A stretch of DNA of 64,000 nucleotides from Mobula hypostoma (Eukaryota): NCBI RefSeq assembly GCF_963921235.1, contig NC_086097.1, positions 119,910,001-119,974,000 of the forward strand, written 5' to 3'. The position numbers were made by a program, and so were the translations under genes. Under the pieces are notes generated by a model. The model was not told where the DNA came from and searched no databases. It saw only the letters and a list, made by a program, of their open reading frames with translations. Below, piece after piece: positions 50,116-62,806 of this stretch (its first letter is position 1; each line of letters starts with the position of its first letter).

Positions 50116-52163
50116 TTAGCGGAAGTTAGAGTCAATGTTCATGCCATCAGGTTGGAGGCTACCCAGACGGAATATAAGGTGTTGTTCCTCCAACCTGAGT
50201 GTGGCTTCATCTTTACAGTAGAGGAGGCCGTGGATAGACATGTCTGAATGGGAATGGGATGTGGAATTAAAATGTGTGGCCACTGGGAGATCCTGCTTTT
50301 TCTGGCGGACAGAGCATAGGTGTTCAGCAAAATGGTCTCCCAGTCTGCATCGGGTCTTGCCAATATATAGAAGGCCACATCGGGAGCACCGGACGTAGTA
50401 TATCACCCCAGCCCACTCACAGGTGAAGTGTTGCCTCACCTGGAAGGACTGTCTGAGGCCCTGAATGGTGGTAAGGGAGGAAGTGTAAGGGCATGTGTAG
50501 CACTGGTTCCGCTTACAAGGATAAGTGCCTGGAGAGAGATCAGTGGGGAGGGATGGGGAGGACAAATGGACAAGGGAGTCACGTAGGGAACGATCCCTAC
50601 GGAAAGTGGGGGAGGAGGGAAAGATGTGCTTAGTGGTGGGATCCTGTTGGAGGTGGCGGAAGTTACGGAGAATAATATGTTGGACTTGGAGGCTGGTGGG
50701 GAGGTAAGTGAGGACCAGGGGAACCCTATTCCTAGTGGGGTGGCGGGAGGATGGAGTGAGAGCAGATGTGCATGAAATGGGGGAGATGCATTTGAGAGCA
50801 GAGTTGATGGTGGAGGAAGGGAAGCCCCTTTCTTTAAAAAATGGAGGACATCTCCCTCGTCCTGGAATGAAAAGCCTCATCCTGAGAACAGATGCGGCGG
50901 AGACGGAGGAATTGCGAGAAGGGGATGACATTTTTGCAAGAGACAGGGTGAGAAGAGGAATAGTCCAGATAGCTGTGAGAGTCAGTAGGCTTATAGTAGA
51001 CATCAGTGGATAAGCTGTCTCTAGAGATAGAGACAGAAAGATCTAGAAAGGGGAGGGAGGTGTCGGAAATGGACCAGGTAAACTTGAGGGCAGGGTGAAA
51101 GCTGGAGGCAAAGTTAATAAAGTCAACGAGCTCAGCACGCGTGCAGGAAGCAGCGCCAATGCAGTCGTCGATGTAGCGAAGGAAAAGTGGGGGACAGATA
51201 CCAGAATAGGTTCGGAACATAGATTGTTCCACAAAGCCAACAAAAAGGCAGGCATAGCTAGGACCCATACGGGTGCCCATAGCTACACCTTTAGCTTGGA
51301 GGAAGTGGGAGGAGCAAAAGGAGAAATTATTAAGAGTAAGGACTAATTCCGCTAGACGGAGCAGAGTGGTGGTAGAGGGGAACTGATTAGATCTGGAATC
51401 CAAAAAGAAGCGGAGAGCTTTGAGACCTTCCTGATGGGGGTTGGAAGTGTGTAGGGACTGGACATCCATGGTGAAAATAAAGCGGTGGGGGCCAGGGAAC
51501 TTAAAATCATCGAAAAGTTTAAGAGCGTGAGAAGTGTTACGAACATAGGTAGGAAGGGATAGAACAAGAGGGGATAAAACCATGTCGAGGTATGCAGGAA
51601 CGAGTTCGGTGGGGCAGGAGCAAGCTGAGACAATAGGTCTGCCAGGACATGCAAGTTTGTGGATCTTGGGTAGGAGGTAGAAACGGGAAGTTCGAGGTGT
51701 GGGAACTATAAGGTTGGTAGCAGTGGATGGGAGATCCCCTGAGCGGATAAAGTCGGTGATGGTGTGGGAGACAGTGGCCTGGTGCTCCTTAGTGGGGTCA
51801 CGATCGAGGGGTAAATAAGTGGAGGTATCCGCGAGTTGTCGCTGTGCCTCGGCAAGGTAGAGGTCAGTACACCAGAATACAACGTCACCCCCCTTATCGG
51901 CGGGTTTAATAGTAAGGTTAGGATTAGTGCGGTGGGTGTGGAGAGCAGAGCGTTCGGAAGGAGTGAGGTTGGAATGGGGACAAGGTGCGGTAAAGTCGAG
52001 ACGGTTGATGTCCCGTCGGCAGTTAGCAATAAAGAAAATCCAGAGCAGGCAGAAGACCAGAGCGGGGTGTCCATGAAGAAGAGGAGGGTTGAAGACAGGA
52101 GAAGGGGTCATCGGTGGGGGTGGAAGATTCCTTGCCGAAGAAGTAGGCTCGGAGACGGAGACG
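50116..52163 (-). pseudogene. PLE RT + GIY-YIG endonuclease, left arm (5'-truncated, frameshifted)
   Basis: KPADKG, FTMDVQSL, GVAMGTRMGPSYA, RYIDD; VIY...LYIGKT, GMN. Confidence 0.95.
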
Positions 52164-53758
52164 CACTTCCCGTTTCTACCTCCTACCCAAGATCCGCAAA
52201 ACTGCCTGTCCTGGCAGACCTATTGTCTCAGCTTGCTCCTGCCCCACTGAACTCATTTCTGCATAACTCGACATGGTTTTATCCCCCTTTGTTCTATCCC
52301 TTCCTACCTCTGTTCGTGAGACTTCTCACGCTCTTAAACTGTTCGATGATTTTAAGTTCCCTGGCCCCCACCGCTTTATTTTCACCATGGATGTCCAGTC
52401 CCTATATACTTCCATCCCCCATCAGAAAGGTCTCAAAGCTCTCTGCTTCTTTTTGGATTCCAGACCTAATCAGTTCCCCTCTACAACCACTCTGCTCCGT
52501 CTTGCGGAATTAGTCCTTACTCTTAATAATTTCTCCTTTGGCTCCTCCCACTTCTTCCAAGCTAAAGGTGTAGCTATGGGCACCCGTATGGGTCCTAGCT
52601 ATGCCTGCCTTTTTGTTGGCTTTGTGGAACAATCTATGTTCCGAACCTATTCTGGTATCTGTCCCCCACTTTTCCTTCGTTACATCAACGACTGCATTGG
52701 CGCTGCTTCCTGCATGCATGCTGAGCTCGTTGACTTTATTAACTTTCCCTCCAACTTTCACCTGGCCCTCAAGTTTACCTGGTCCATTTCCGACACCTCC
52801 CTCCCCTTTCTAGATCTTTCTGTCTCTATTTCTGGAGACAGCTTATCCACTGATGTCTACTATAAGCCTACTGACTCTCACAGCTATCTGGACTATTTCT
52901 CTTCGCACCCTGTCTCTTGCAAAAATACCATCCCCGTCTCGCAATTCCTCCGTCTCCGCCACATCTGTTCTCAGGATGAGGCTTTTCATCCCAGAACGAG
53001 GGAGATGTCCTCCTTTTTTTAAAGAAAGGGGCTTCCCTTCCTCCACCATCAACTCTGCTCTCAAACGCATCTCCCCCATTTCATGCACATCCGCTCTCAC
53101 TCCATCCTCCCGCCACCCCACTAGGAATAGGGTTCTCCTGGTCCTCACCGACCACCCCACCAGCCTCCGGGTCCAACATATTATTCTCCGTAACTTCTGC
53201 CACCTCCAACGGGATCCCACCACTAAGCACATCTTTCCCTCCCCGCCCCCTCCCCCCCCCCCGGCTCTCCGCAGGGATCGTTCCCTACGCGACTCCCTTG
53301 TCCATTCATCCCCCCCATCCCTCCCCACTGATCTCCCTCCTGGCAGTTATCCTTGTAAGCGGAACAAGTGTTACACATGCCCTTACACTTCCTCCCTTAC
53401 CACCATTCAGGGCTCCAGACAGTCCTTCCAGGTGAGGCAACACTTCACCTGTGAGTCGGCTGGTGTGATATACTGCGTCCGGTGCTCCCGATGTGGCCTT
53501 CTATATATTGGCGAGACCCGACGCAGACTGGGAGACCGCTTTGCTGAACATCTACGCTCTGTCCGCCAGAGAAAGCAGGATCTCCCAGTGGCCACACATT
53601 TTAATTCCACATCCCATTCCCATTCTGACATATCTATCCACGACCTCCTCTACTGTAAAGATGAAGTCACACTCAGGTTGGAAGTACAACACCTTATATT
53701 CCGTCTGGGTAGCCTCCAACCGGATGGCATGAACATTGGCTTCTCTAACTTCCGCTAA
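52162..53758 (+). pseudogene. PLE RT + GIY-YIG endonuclease, right arm (5'-truncated, frameshifted, YIND)
   Basis: Same motifs; VIYCVRCSRCGLLYIGETRR. Confidence 0.95.
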
Positions 53759-54039
53759 TGCCCCACCTCCCCCTTGTACCCCATCCATTATTTATTTTTA
53801 TACACACATTCTTTTTCTCTCTCTCCTTTTTCTCCCTCTGTCCCTCTGACTATACTCCTTGCCCATCCTCTGGTTCCCCTCCCACCTCCATCTTTCTCCC
53901 GGAACCTCCTGTCCCATGATCCTCTCATATCCCCTTTGCCAATCACCTGTCCATCCCTCCCCCTCCTGTCTTCTCCTATCATTTTCAATCTCCCCCTCCC
54001 CCTCCCACTTTCAAATCTCTTACTAACTCTTCCTTCAGT

Positions 54040-54077
54040 TAGTCCTGACGAAGAGTCTCGGCCTGAAACGTCGACTG
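54040..54077 (+). ncRNA. Minimal hammerhead ribozyme in the PLE 3' tail
   Basis: CTGACGA 54045-54051, GAAAC 54065-54069, GTC 54070-54072; stem II carries one substitution. Confidence 0.75.
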
Positions 54078-54399
54078 TACCTCTTCCTACAGATGCTGCC
54101 TGGCCTGCTGCGTTCACCAGCAACTTTGATGTGTGCTACTTTGTAAATGAGCTAACGTGGGTTTATGAATGAACACATTTGACAAACTTGCTGAGGTTCT
54201 TGGAATGTAAGTAGTAGAATAGATGAGGACAACCAGTAGATGGGATGTATTTCTATGCTTAGAGGCCTTATTTATAGATGGAGGGTGGTCATCAACGTTA
54301 AGGCAGATAGGATTGGGGCAAATATACAGACATGGTTAAATAAAACTTATTACTCGAAATAAAACAAAGAGTGAGAGTTAATAAATGCTTCTCATTTTG

Positions 54400-54700
54400 T
54401 AGCATGGTGCTTAGCAGTCAGTCAGCATAACCCTTCACGGCACCAGCTGTGAGGTGGGGGCTTCAATTCCTGCTGCTGTATTTAAGGAGTTTGTACAATC
54501 TCTCCATGACCGTGTGTGTTTCCTCTGGGTGCTCTGGTTTCCTCCTACATTGCATGTACAAATTAGTGTTCTAGTTAAGTTGGAGCATGCTATATAGGCA
54601 CTGGGAGCATGGCAACACTTGTAGTCTGCCCCAGCATGACCCCGATGCAAACAATGCATTTCACTATGTTTTAATTTACACGTGACAAATAAAACTAATT
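54400..54700 (+). mobile_element. tRNA-derived SINE
   Basis: B-box-like CTTCAATTCC, shared core, GTGACAAATAAA tail. Confidence 0.7.
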
Positions 54701-54890
54701 GCTTATTTTTATCTTAGCAAGCTGTGACTACTGGGGTACCACTGTGATTGGTGCTTGGGCTCTGGCTGTTCATGCTCAACACATGACAAACATATTAAGG
54801 ATGATTCCGATTGCAGGCTGCATGAATATAATCAACATCTTAATTTAACCTGGGAGAAAAATACACAAAGCACTCGTGCCTCAGAAAACA

Positions 54891-55507
54891 GATTGATATC
54901 ACCTGCTCCCTTAACACCACCTGTTTGATCAAGAAAACGCAGCAGCATTTCCACTTCCTAGGGAGACTGAGGTGAGTGAGGCTCCTCCTCACCACCTTAT
55001 TTCTTGCAAATTTTTCCAGGAGCACCATTGAGAGTGTCCAGACCAGCTGCATCAGTGTCTGGTACAGAGATTGTAAGGTAAAGATTGTGAGGATTGCTGA
55101 GAGGATCATCAGAGACACTTACCAGGAGCACTGCATACGCAGGGCCCTTAGTATTGTCTATCATACAGTAATCTCTTTGACCTCCTTCCATCAGGCAGAA
55201 GATACTATAGCATTAGGACAAGAACTGTTAGGATGGCAAACTGCTGCTACCCCGCAGCATAAGACTTCTGAACTTCTTGCCACCACCCAGGTCTCATCAC
55301 GCATGAAGTGCCAATTGTATTATACTGTTTATTTTTTAACTTGTGTCACAAATCTGCCTTATTTTTTGTTAATTTACTAGCTGTAATATTACTTATGTGT
55401 TTTGTGATTGAGATGTGTACCGTGTTGTGCACCTTGGTTTGGGGGAACATTGTGTCATTTGATGGTGTACATGTGTACAGCTGAATGACAATACACTTGA
55501 ACTTGAC
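54891..55507 (+). mobile_element. Rex1-type LINE 3' fragment
   Basis: TIESVQTSCISVWY; (CTTGAA)n tail. Confidence 0.75.
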
Positions 55508-56869
55508 ATAAACTATGCCGCTTTTTCCTGAACGGTTTCTGCACAGCGAAAAAGTATCCACTCTGAACAGATTCTCAGTAGAAATTCCTTGAGCATGGAA
55601 ATGAATCAAATCCTGGAGCTCAGTAATAACAGACACCTACTGAAGTGAATGACGGAGAATTAATCTATTGAAGGAAAATCAAATCACTTCAGCTCTTGCA
55701 CTAAGGGAGCAAAGAATACCGGCGTAACGATTTGATCATAAAACTTCTGCACACAAGTGCCCAGTAAATTTTTTGTGAAGGAATTGAATATGGCTATTGT
55801 AAAACTTCTTTTATAGTATGGACTCTGAAACTACTTGTAATCTGGAGTTTCATTTGAATCAATACTCCATACATTTTTAATGCTATAAACCTTTTTTTTT
55901 TGCTCTGCAAGATGAAATGAAAAAAACATTTGAGATTATTGCATAAAAAGAAGCTTCCTTCTGTAAGTCTTCAGGATCACAGCTAATGGTTGCAAAAGCT
56001 ATTGAAAGAAAATGAATATTTCAACTTCCTCACTATTTCCTCTGAGGCTGCTTCTTATTCCTTTGACACTGCAGTTTTATCCTCGAGAAAACTATATTAA
56101 AATGCTAGTTTATTGCACTAGTAATCTCGTCCACAAAAAGAATAGGGAAAAATATAAATATAACGGTGTGCCTTTGTATGTATTAATGGAGTACAATTCA
56201 AGATATTTTGGAAACCACAATGAGCATCATAATAAGTGCCTGACTATAGCCTGGAGTGTATGTGTTCTCGAATTAAGCCTCCCAGCATGAACTGCTTGAT
56301 GTAAAAAGTATGGTGTCATCACAGCAGGGTAATTCCAGATGAAGTTTTTGCAATTGTCTGCTCTGTGAATCCAACAGCAATGTCTTCATGATGTCACGCT
56401 GCAGAAGATATAGCATTTTTACTGTTACTTTGTTATTCTGTATACTTTTTTTCTCAATTGCACATTTGCTAGAAGTAATTAACTTGTTTTTTTTTTAAAT
56501 ATATGGACGGCATCATTTGGAGCCCCATTTAATATAGAGGCAAAATAGAGATGAGAAGGGATCTCATTGAAACCTACCAAATCTATATTGGAAGGCCTAG
56601 ATAGAGTGGATGTGGAGCGGATGCTTCCAATAGTGAGAGGGAAGTCTAGGAATAGAGGGCACAGTGTCAGAATACAAAGACAGAGACATTAGAACAGAAA
56701 TAAAGAGGAATATCTTTAGCCAGAGGGTGGTGAATATTTGTGGTCTGCCCACAACAATCCTCACTGATTTGGTTTGATGCAAAATAAGACATTTCACTGT
56801 ATATTTTGATGAGAATATGACAAATAAAGCTAATCTTTTGTATCTTTTAAGATGATCCTATTGACTGAG

Positions 56870-57490
56870 CATTTAAATAGAGTTGGATGTCCTCCTACTA
56901 ATACCCAATTGGTCGAGGACAACTAGGAATGTTGCATCCCAGTTGTCTACATGATGCGCAAGCCAGGGCAGTATGATATAGAAGGCAAACTGTTGCCCAT
57001 GGAGCAAGCTACCCGTCTCCATGTAGTTGATGAATCCACAGGAACAGCAGAGACCGATACATTTTGGCACCAGTGGCATAGTAGGAGGTGACAGCCAGCA
57101 TTGAGCTCAATATAGGACAGCCTTTAGGGAATCTAGCTCTGGATTTTTCCTCGGGGTTTACTCTGAAAACTTTCCCCATGAATGGGTATAGCCACAAAGC
57201 AGTGGAGGTTTGAGATCAGGGTTCTCTTTCTATTAAGTGAGCTGCCAACCATGGTTGATGAGCCCCATCTGCCCGAAGCAACTGATTTTAAGGCGCCTGT
57301 ATCCTGCCTTTCCCCCATTTTCTGTCAATAGAAACAGTTCCACCAGGCTGAGTAGCTAAGCACACATGAAGTTCAGGAGCGGGACTTGGTTGTCAGAAAA
57401 TATTTGAGGTGCATGCCTTTGGGAATATTTAATAGGTAGTGGGAGCTTACCTCCACTACCACCTCCTTGCTATAACAACCTTAAGGAGCC
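56870..57490 (-). mobile_element. Probable RTE-type LINE 5' region
   Basis: GC-richer segment resembling, from memory, RTE 5' UTRs; no coding motif seen. Confidence 0.35.
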
Positions 57491-57710
57491 CAAACACATC
57501 ACATAAGATAAATAAAACAAAAAGGAACAATTTTAATCTACGTTTATTACAATTGAAGCTCAGGGTTTTTTAGTTGAGAAGTGGGCACTTGTTCATTGTG
57601 CAGAAACAAATCAGGAAAAATAGGCATAGTTTCCGTCAAGCTGTTTTCTAATGCACCAGTGTTTTGTGTATTTCAATATTATATTGCAGATCAATTAAGA
57701 TTGTCAATTA

Positions 57711-58235
57711 CACTCATGGGCCTTTATGAGGTAACACCTATACCTGATAAAGTGGTGACTGAGTGTATGATCATAGTTTTCTGCTGCTGTAGCCCTTCCA
57801 CTTCAAGGTTTGATGGGTTGTGCATTCAGAAATGTGTTTCTGCAAACCACTGTTGAAACACATGGTCATTTGAGATGCTGTCACCCTCCTGTCTGTTTGA
57901 AATCTTCTCTTCCATCCGGAGTTTTCGCCCACAGATCTGCTGCTCACTGGATCTTTTTTTTTTTGTTTTTTTTTGTTTTTCACACCATTACCTGTAAACT
58001 TTAGAAACTGTTGTGCGTGAAAATCCCATGAGATCAGCAGTTTCTGAGCTACTCAAACCACACCGTTAGGCACCAACAAGCATTCCACGATCAAGGTCAC
58101 TTAGGTCACACTTCTTCTCCATTCTGATGTTTGGTCTGAACAACTGAACCTGTTGGCTACGTCTGCATGAGTTGTTGCCACATGATTGACTGATTAGGTA
58201 TTTGCATGTGTGTCAAATAAAGTGGCCATTGAGTG
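57711..58235. mobile_element. Tc1/mariner-type non-autonomous element
   Basis: TA|CACTCA...TGAGTG|TA termini. Confidence 0.8.
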
Positions 58236-58699
58236 TATATTTATGCAACATGCAATGAGAATGATCCTCATCCCATGTCTGAAAATTTGCTCCAACTTCA
58301 TCTGCTTTAACGTTGATAACCACCTTCCCGCATGGGACCTTAAAGAAAGCCTTTAAACACAGAAATCCACATCATCCAGTAGTTGCACAGCAATCTACAA
58401 TGCACATGAGAATGAATAAGATTCTGGTCGACCTTTTGAATGGATTGATAGGTTAAAGTAGGGTAAGAAATGTTTGAAGTTCAATTCCCATTTCTGCTGA
58501 GCTCGTTGGTAGTAGCAGAGCAGCAGATCAGGACTAAAATACAAGTTAGGTCACTACTCTGGTTTCTTATTCAGTGGTCCTTGCTGCTTATAGGAAATGA
58601 GAACAAGAACTGTCTAACTGCATTCTGAAATCAAACATGACTTGCTGCCAAAGTTTACTTCTGATACCTAGCCAGCTGCATCAGGTACCCGAGCTGTCA

Positions 58700-61120
58700 A
58701 GATCAAAATCAGAAGGTTTATTATCACTCTTTTGTGTGATTTGAAATTTGTTGCAAGATAGTGCAAGGACATAAAAATAACACACACTATAATATAAATG
58801 AACACTGCAAAATAACAGGAACGATGAGGTAATGTTCCTGGGACTGTGGACCATTCAGAAGTCTAATGCCAGAGGCGAAGAAGCCGTTTCTGAATTGTTG
58901 AGTGTGGGTCTTCAGCCTCACCGGGCATGGTGAGGATCCTTTGATGATTGTTGCTGCCTGCCTCTTGAAGATGGTGTGTTTTAAATGTGATGGGCCTGGC
59001 TGAGTCGACAACCCACTACAGCCTCGGGTAATCCTGCACATTGGAGCCAGAATGCTCTCTACTGTATATGTAGAGAAATTTGCAAGAGTGTTTGGTGACA
59101 TACCAAAACTCTTCAAACTTCTAGAGTGCTTGATATGCTTTCTTCACGATTGCATTGTGCTGTGCTCAGGACAGATCGGAGATATCGACATTCAGGAACT
59201 TAAAGCTGCTAACCTTTTCCATGCTTACCCCTTCAATGAGGACTGCTGCACACTCTCCTGACTTCCCTTTCCTGAAGTCCACAATCAGTTCTTGGGTCTT
59301 GCTGACATTGAATGCGAGCTTGTCTTTTGAGAGACCACTCAACCAGCCAATCTCGCACCTGCATATTTCCTTGTTGCCATTTGGGATTTTATCAACAACA
59401 ATAGTATCATCTGTGAATTTATAAATGGAGTTTGAGCTGTGCTTGTGAGAGTAGAGAGAGAAGATCAGTGAGCGAAACATGCATCCTCTGTGTTGATTGT
59501 AAAGTAGAGATGAGATTTCATCACAAATTCATACTGACTGAGGTCTCCTGATGAGGAAATCAAGGATCCATTTACAGAGAAGAAAACACAGGCCCGGGTT
59601 TAGAAGGTTGGTGATTAATACAGAGGGGATGATGGTATTGAATGTTGACCTGTAATTTTTGAACAGCAGCTTGACACAGATTTTACTGCAGTTTAGCTGC
59701 CCTTCTTGGGCACCAGTATGATTGCTGTCCTTTTGAAGCAGGTAAGATCAAACCATAGTAGTGAGAGATTGAAGTTGTTCTTGAACACTCCAGCCAATTG
59801 GTCAGCACAGGTTTTCAGATCCTAGCCAGGTACATCATCAAGGCCTGACATATTGCAGGAGTTCTCCACCTCGAAAAATGTTTTGACATTATCCTTCATG
59901 TCAGATCATAGGATCACCAGATGCTGTGGGGCTTGGTGTGGGTGTCATGTTATTCTCCACTGAGTGTGGGTTAGGGCATTGAGCTCACCAGGGTGTGAAG
60001 CATCACTGCCATTCATGGTTAGTTTTGTCCTGTAGCAAGTAATGGCCTGCAAACCTTATCATAGCTGTCATGCATTTGATTTTTCTCTAATTTCATAAAT
60101 AATTGCCTTTTCATTCTTCCAATGGCCATAGTTTGTACCTGGACTTCTGATAGGATTCTGGATCACCAATCTTGAATGCTACACATTTAGCACTCAACAC
60201 ACTGTGAATCTCCTAGTTCAACCAGGGCTTATGGTTTGACAGAATGTGGCAAGTTCTTGAAGACACACACTCACTCACACAGGTCTTTATGAAGTCTGTG
60301 ACAACTGTGGTATAGTCATCCAAAGATGAATCCCTGAATATGGTCCGACTAAAAGCAGTCCTATAAGTGCTCCTCTCTCTCCCTTCACCACATCTTCGTG
60401 GTGCACACCACTGGTGCTGCAGTCCTCAGGAGAAGTACAGCCAGGTGATTGGACTTTCCAAAGTGTGGTTGTGGGATGACACGGTCAGTGCTGTGGATGG
60501 CAGTGTACGTGTTGGTTTCCCTAGGTCTGCAAGTGGCATTTGGTGTTAGTTTGTCATATATATACTTCTTTAAGTAAACCTGGTTGAAGTCTCCCACAAT
60601 GAGCTGGAAAGTAACAAGGTCCTCTGTCTCATGACCTTGATTAGTGTTCACCTCCTCCAGCCTGATGTTGTGCAAGGGAGGAATGTACACAGCAACCATG
60701 ATGACAGCAGGAAATGCCCCGGCAGAGAGAACAGATGACACTTGACCACCAGATGCACCACGTCAGGGGAGCAGGGCTGAGTCGGAGCTATCACATCCAG
60801 GCCTTAATGAATTAACCATGAAGCAAACTCCACCGCCTCTACCTTTACCTGAGGCCACCGTCTGTCATGCAGTGATGGTGAAGCCCTCGGGCTGGAGCAC
60901 TATATCCAAAATGCTGCGGTGTGGGGGGAGTAATCCAGGGACACAACAGATTCTGATTTCCCTCTGGGATTGCAGTTTCGCTCCAATGTCTTCAGTTCTC
61001 TTTTCCAGAGACTGTACATTAGCCAGGCAGATGGTTGGAGGTGGGGAGGTTGTTATGGTGCCTGGCGCCTGTATTTCAGTGTCACCTGGAGTCCTCCCCA
61101 GCAGCCAGGTATCCTGAGAC
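58700..61120 (-). mobile_element. Decayed long Rex1/Babar LINE (EN + RT)
   Basis: ICLANVQSL, AVYIPP, VGDFNQ, PHFGKSNH, YKFTDDT, KTQELIVDFRK. Confidence 0.85.
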
Positions 61121-61539
61121 AATGGAGAACTTCCCTGAGCTACTGTCTGTTACACCCAAGCCCTGGGTGGCCTGGAGTCTCCACTCCGTCCTTTCTGATC
61201 ATCAGTAGCTCTTGTAAATCACTTGAAACAATGTTACATCAATCTCTGCATCTGTTGATCTCAACTTTTGTAAGTGGGGGTACTTCATGATTCCCTTGGA
61301 GATGCCAACAACACATTGACCCTGCCTGGTGCCATTTTGAGTTGTCACTATGTAAGACTACAAGACTATAAGACACTGGAGAAAAAATTAGGCCATGATG
61401 GCAACGGTGTCTCTTTGATACTGTTCGCAGTTAATTACATGGGAATGCATAGAGCAAGGTAAATACTAACTGAAGGTTCTTAAGTTGTTCTTATTATAGA
61501 CACCAAACATATCAGAATTTCATGAAAGCAGTAGCATAA

Positions 61540-62120
61540 AGACCACAAGACAATACGACATGGGAGCAGGGTTAGGCTGTTCAGCCCATCAAATCTGCTC
61601 TACCATTCAATCTTGGCCAATTTATTCAGAACCCCATTCAACCCCATTTCACCGGCCTTCTCCCTGTAAACATTTGACACCCTTACTAATTAAGAACACG
61701 TCAACAACCACTTTAAATATACCCAATGACTTAGCCTCCCCAGCTGTCTGCAGAAAAGAATTCCACAAACTCACTACAACAGGAATTCTGCAGATGCTGG
61801 AAATTCAAGCAACACACATCAAAGTTGCTGGTGAACGCAGAAGGCCAGGCAGCAACGTTGATGTGTGTTCCACAAACTCACTGCCCTCTAGCTAAAGAAA
61901 TTCTTCCTTACCTTTGTACTAAAGGGATGTCCTAATATTCAGAGCCTGTGCCTTCTGGTCGTAGACTCTCCCGCTATTGGAAACATCCTCTCCAGGTCCA
62001 CTCTGTTCAGGCCTTTCAATATTTGATGGGTTTTCAATGAGATCCACTCAAATTCTTCTAAGCTTCAGCAAGTACAGGCCCAAAGGTATCATATCCCTTT
62101 CGTTCCTGGATCATTCTCAA
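61540..62120 (-). mobile_element. CR1 3' fragment with nested mini-PLE
   Basis: CR1 tail and ORF2 end collinear with 9066-9550. Confidence 0.8.
61776..61867. mobile_element. Minimal (92-bp) inverted Penelope-like insertion
   Basis: TSD TTCCACAAACTCACT at 61761-61775 and 61868-61882; arms joined at CAGCA microhomology. Confidence 0.9.
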
Positions 62121-62806
62121 AAAGATGCCCATGTCCATCTTTTTACAGCCTATATACAGTCACATTAATTCCATTCAATCTTGTGGCAGCTCAAATGTTA
62201 ATAAAAATCATGGCAGTACATGTCTGAGATGTTAGGTAGATTACAGGGCTGAGATTCCATAAGGAATCTGTCAAAATACAGAGTTTCACCCTCCTTTAAA
62301 TCGCCCATTGAACAATGTTCCCTTGTTACAAGAGTACTGCTTAAGGTATAAAGAAAAGCTATAACTATTGCATTCTGAGCTAATTAAAGCTCTCAGTCAT
62401 GACAAGGGTTCAATCTTCACTAAACCTACTGGATACTACACTATGAACACATTTTTTAATGGTGAAAACATACAGTTTTAACAATAAAGAGCTGACAACA
62501 GCAAAAATCTATTGAGATCAATAGTATTTTTAGGCGGTTGGGAAAGAGCAGCAGTCCCTCGTGCTATTGAGTTAGGTAAGTGAGTGCAATGGGAAAAGAC
62601 CATAAAAGCTGCTTAATCTCCTCTACTGTATTTTGCTTTTGCTGTGGCTTTGTGCAGACTCCACTGAGAATGCCTGTCAGAGATGGACCAGTGCAAAAAA
62701 TAATATTATTACACCAAACCATCACTGCAGAATTTAAAAGACTCCAATCTGGAGAATGAATTTGTTGGCCTAGAAGACTATAAATTGAGGCCATCCAAGA
62801 CAATAA

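Larger units (their letters stand above)
49691..54137. mobile_element. Penelope-like (Poseidon-type) retroelement inserted as a 4.45-kb head-to-head inverted pair
   Basis: 13-bp TSD ACTTTGTAAATGA at 49678-49690 and 54138-54150; arms join at CG 52162-52163. Confidence 0.95.

Noticed and set aside
51836..52513. 225-aa ORF spanning the PLE inversion junction as a new chimeric gene
   Set aside because: Antisense plus off-frame PLE sequence with a non-ATG start; expected by-product of the inversion
49691..54137. Assembly artefact, or DNA transposon with long TIRs
   Set aside because: Arms differ by many substitutions and indels, a 13-bp TSD is present, and the content is RT/GIY-YIG rather than transposase
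58400..58680. Possible ancient DeuSINE/LF-SINE-like remnant
   Set aside because: Only a B-box-like GTTCAATTCC and vague similarity; too weak without a search
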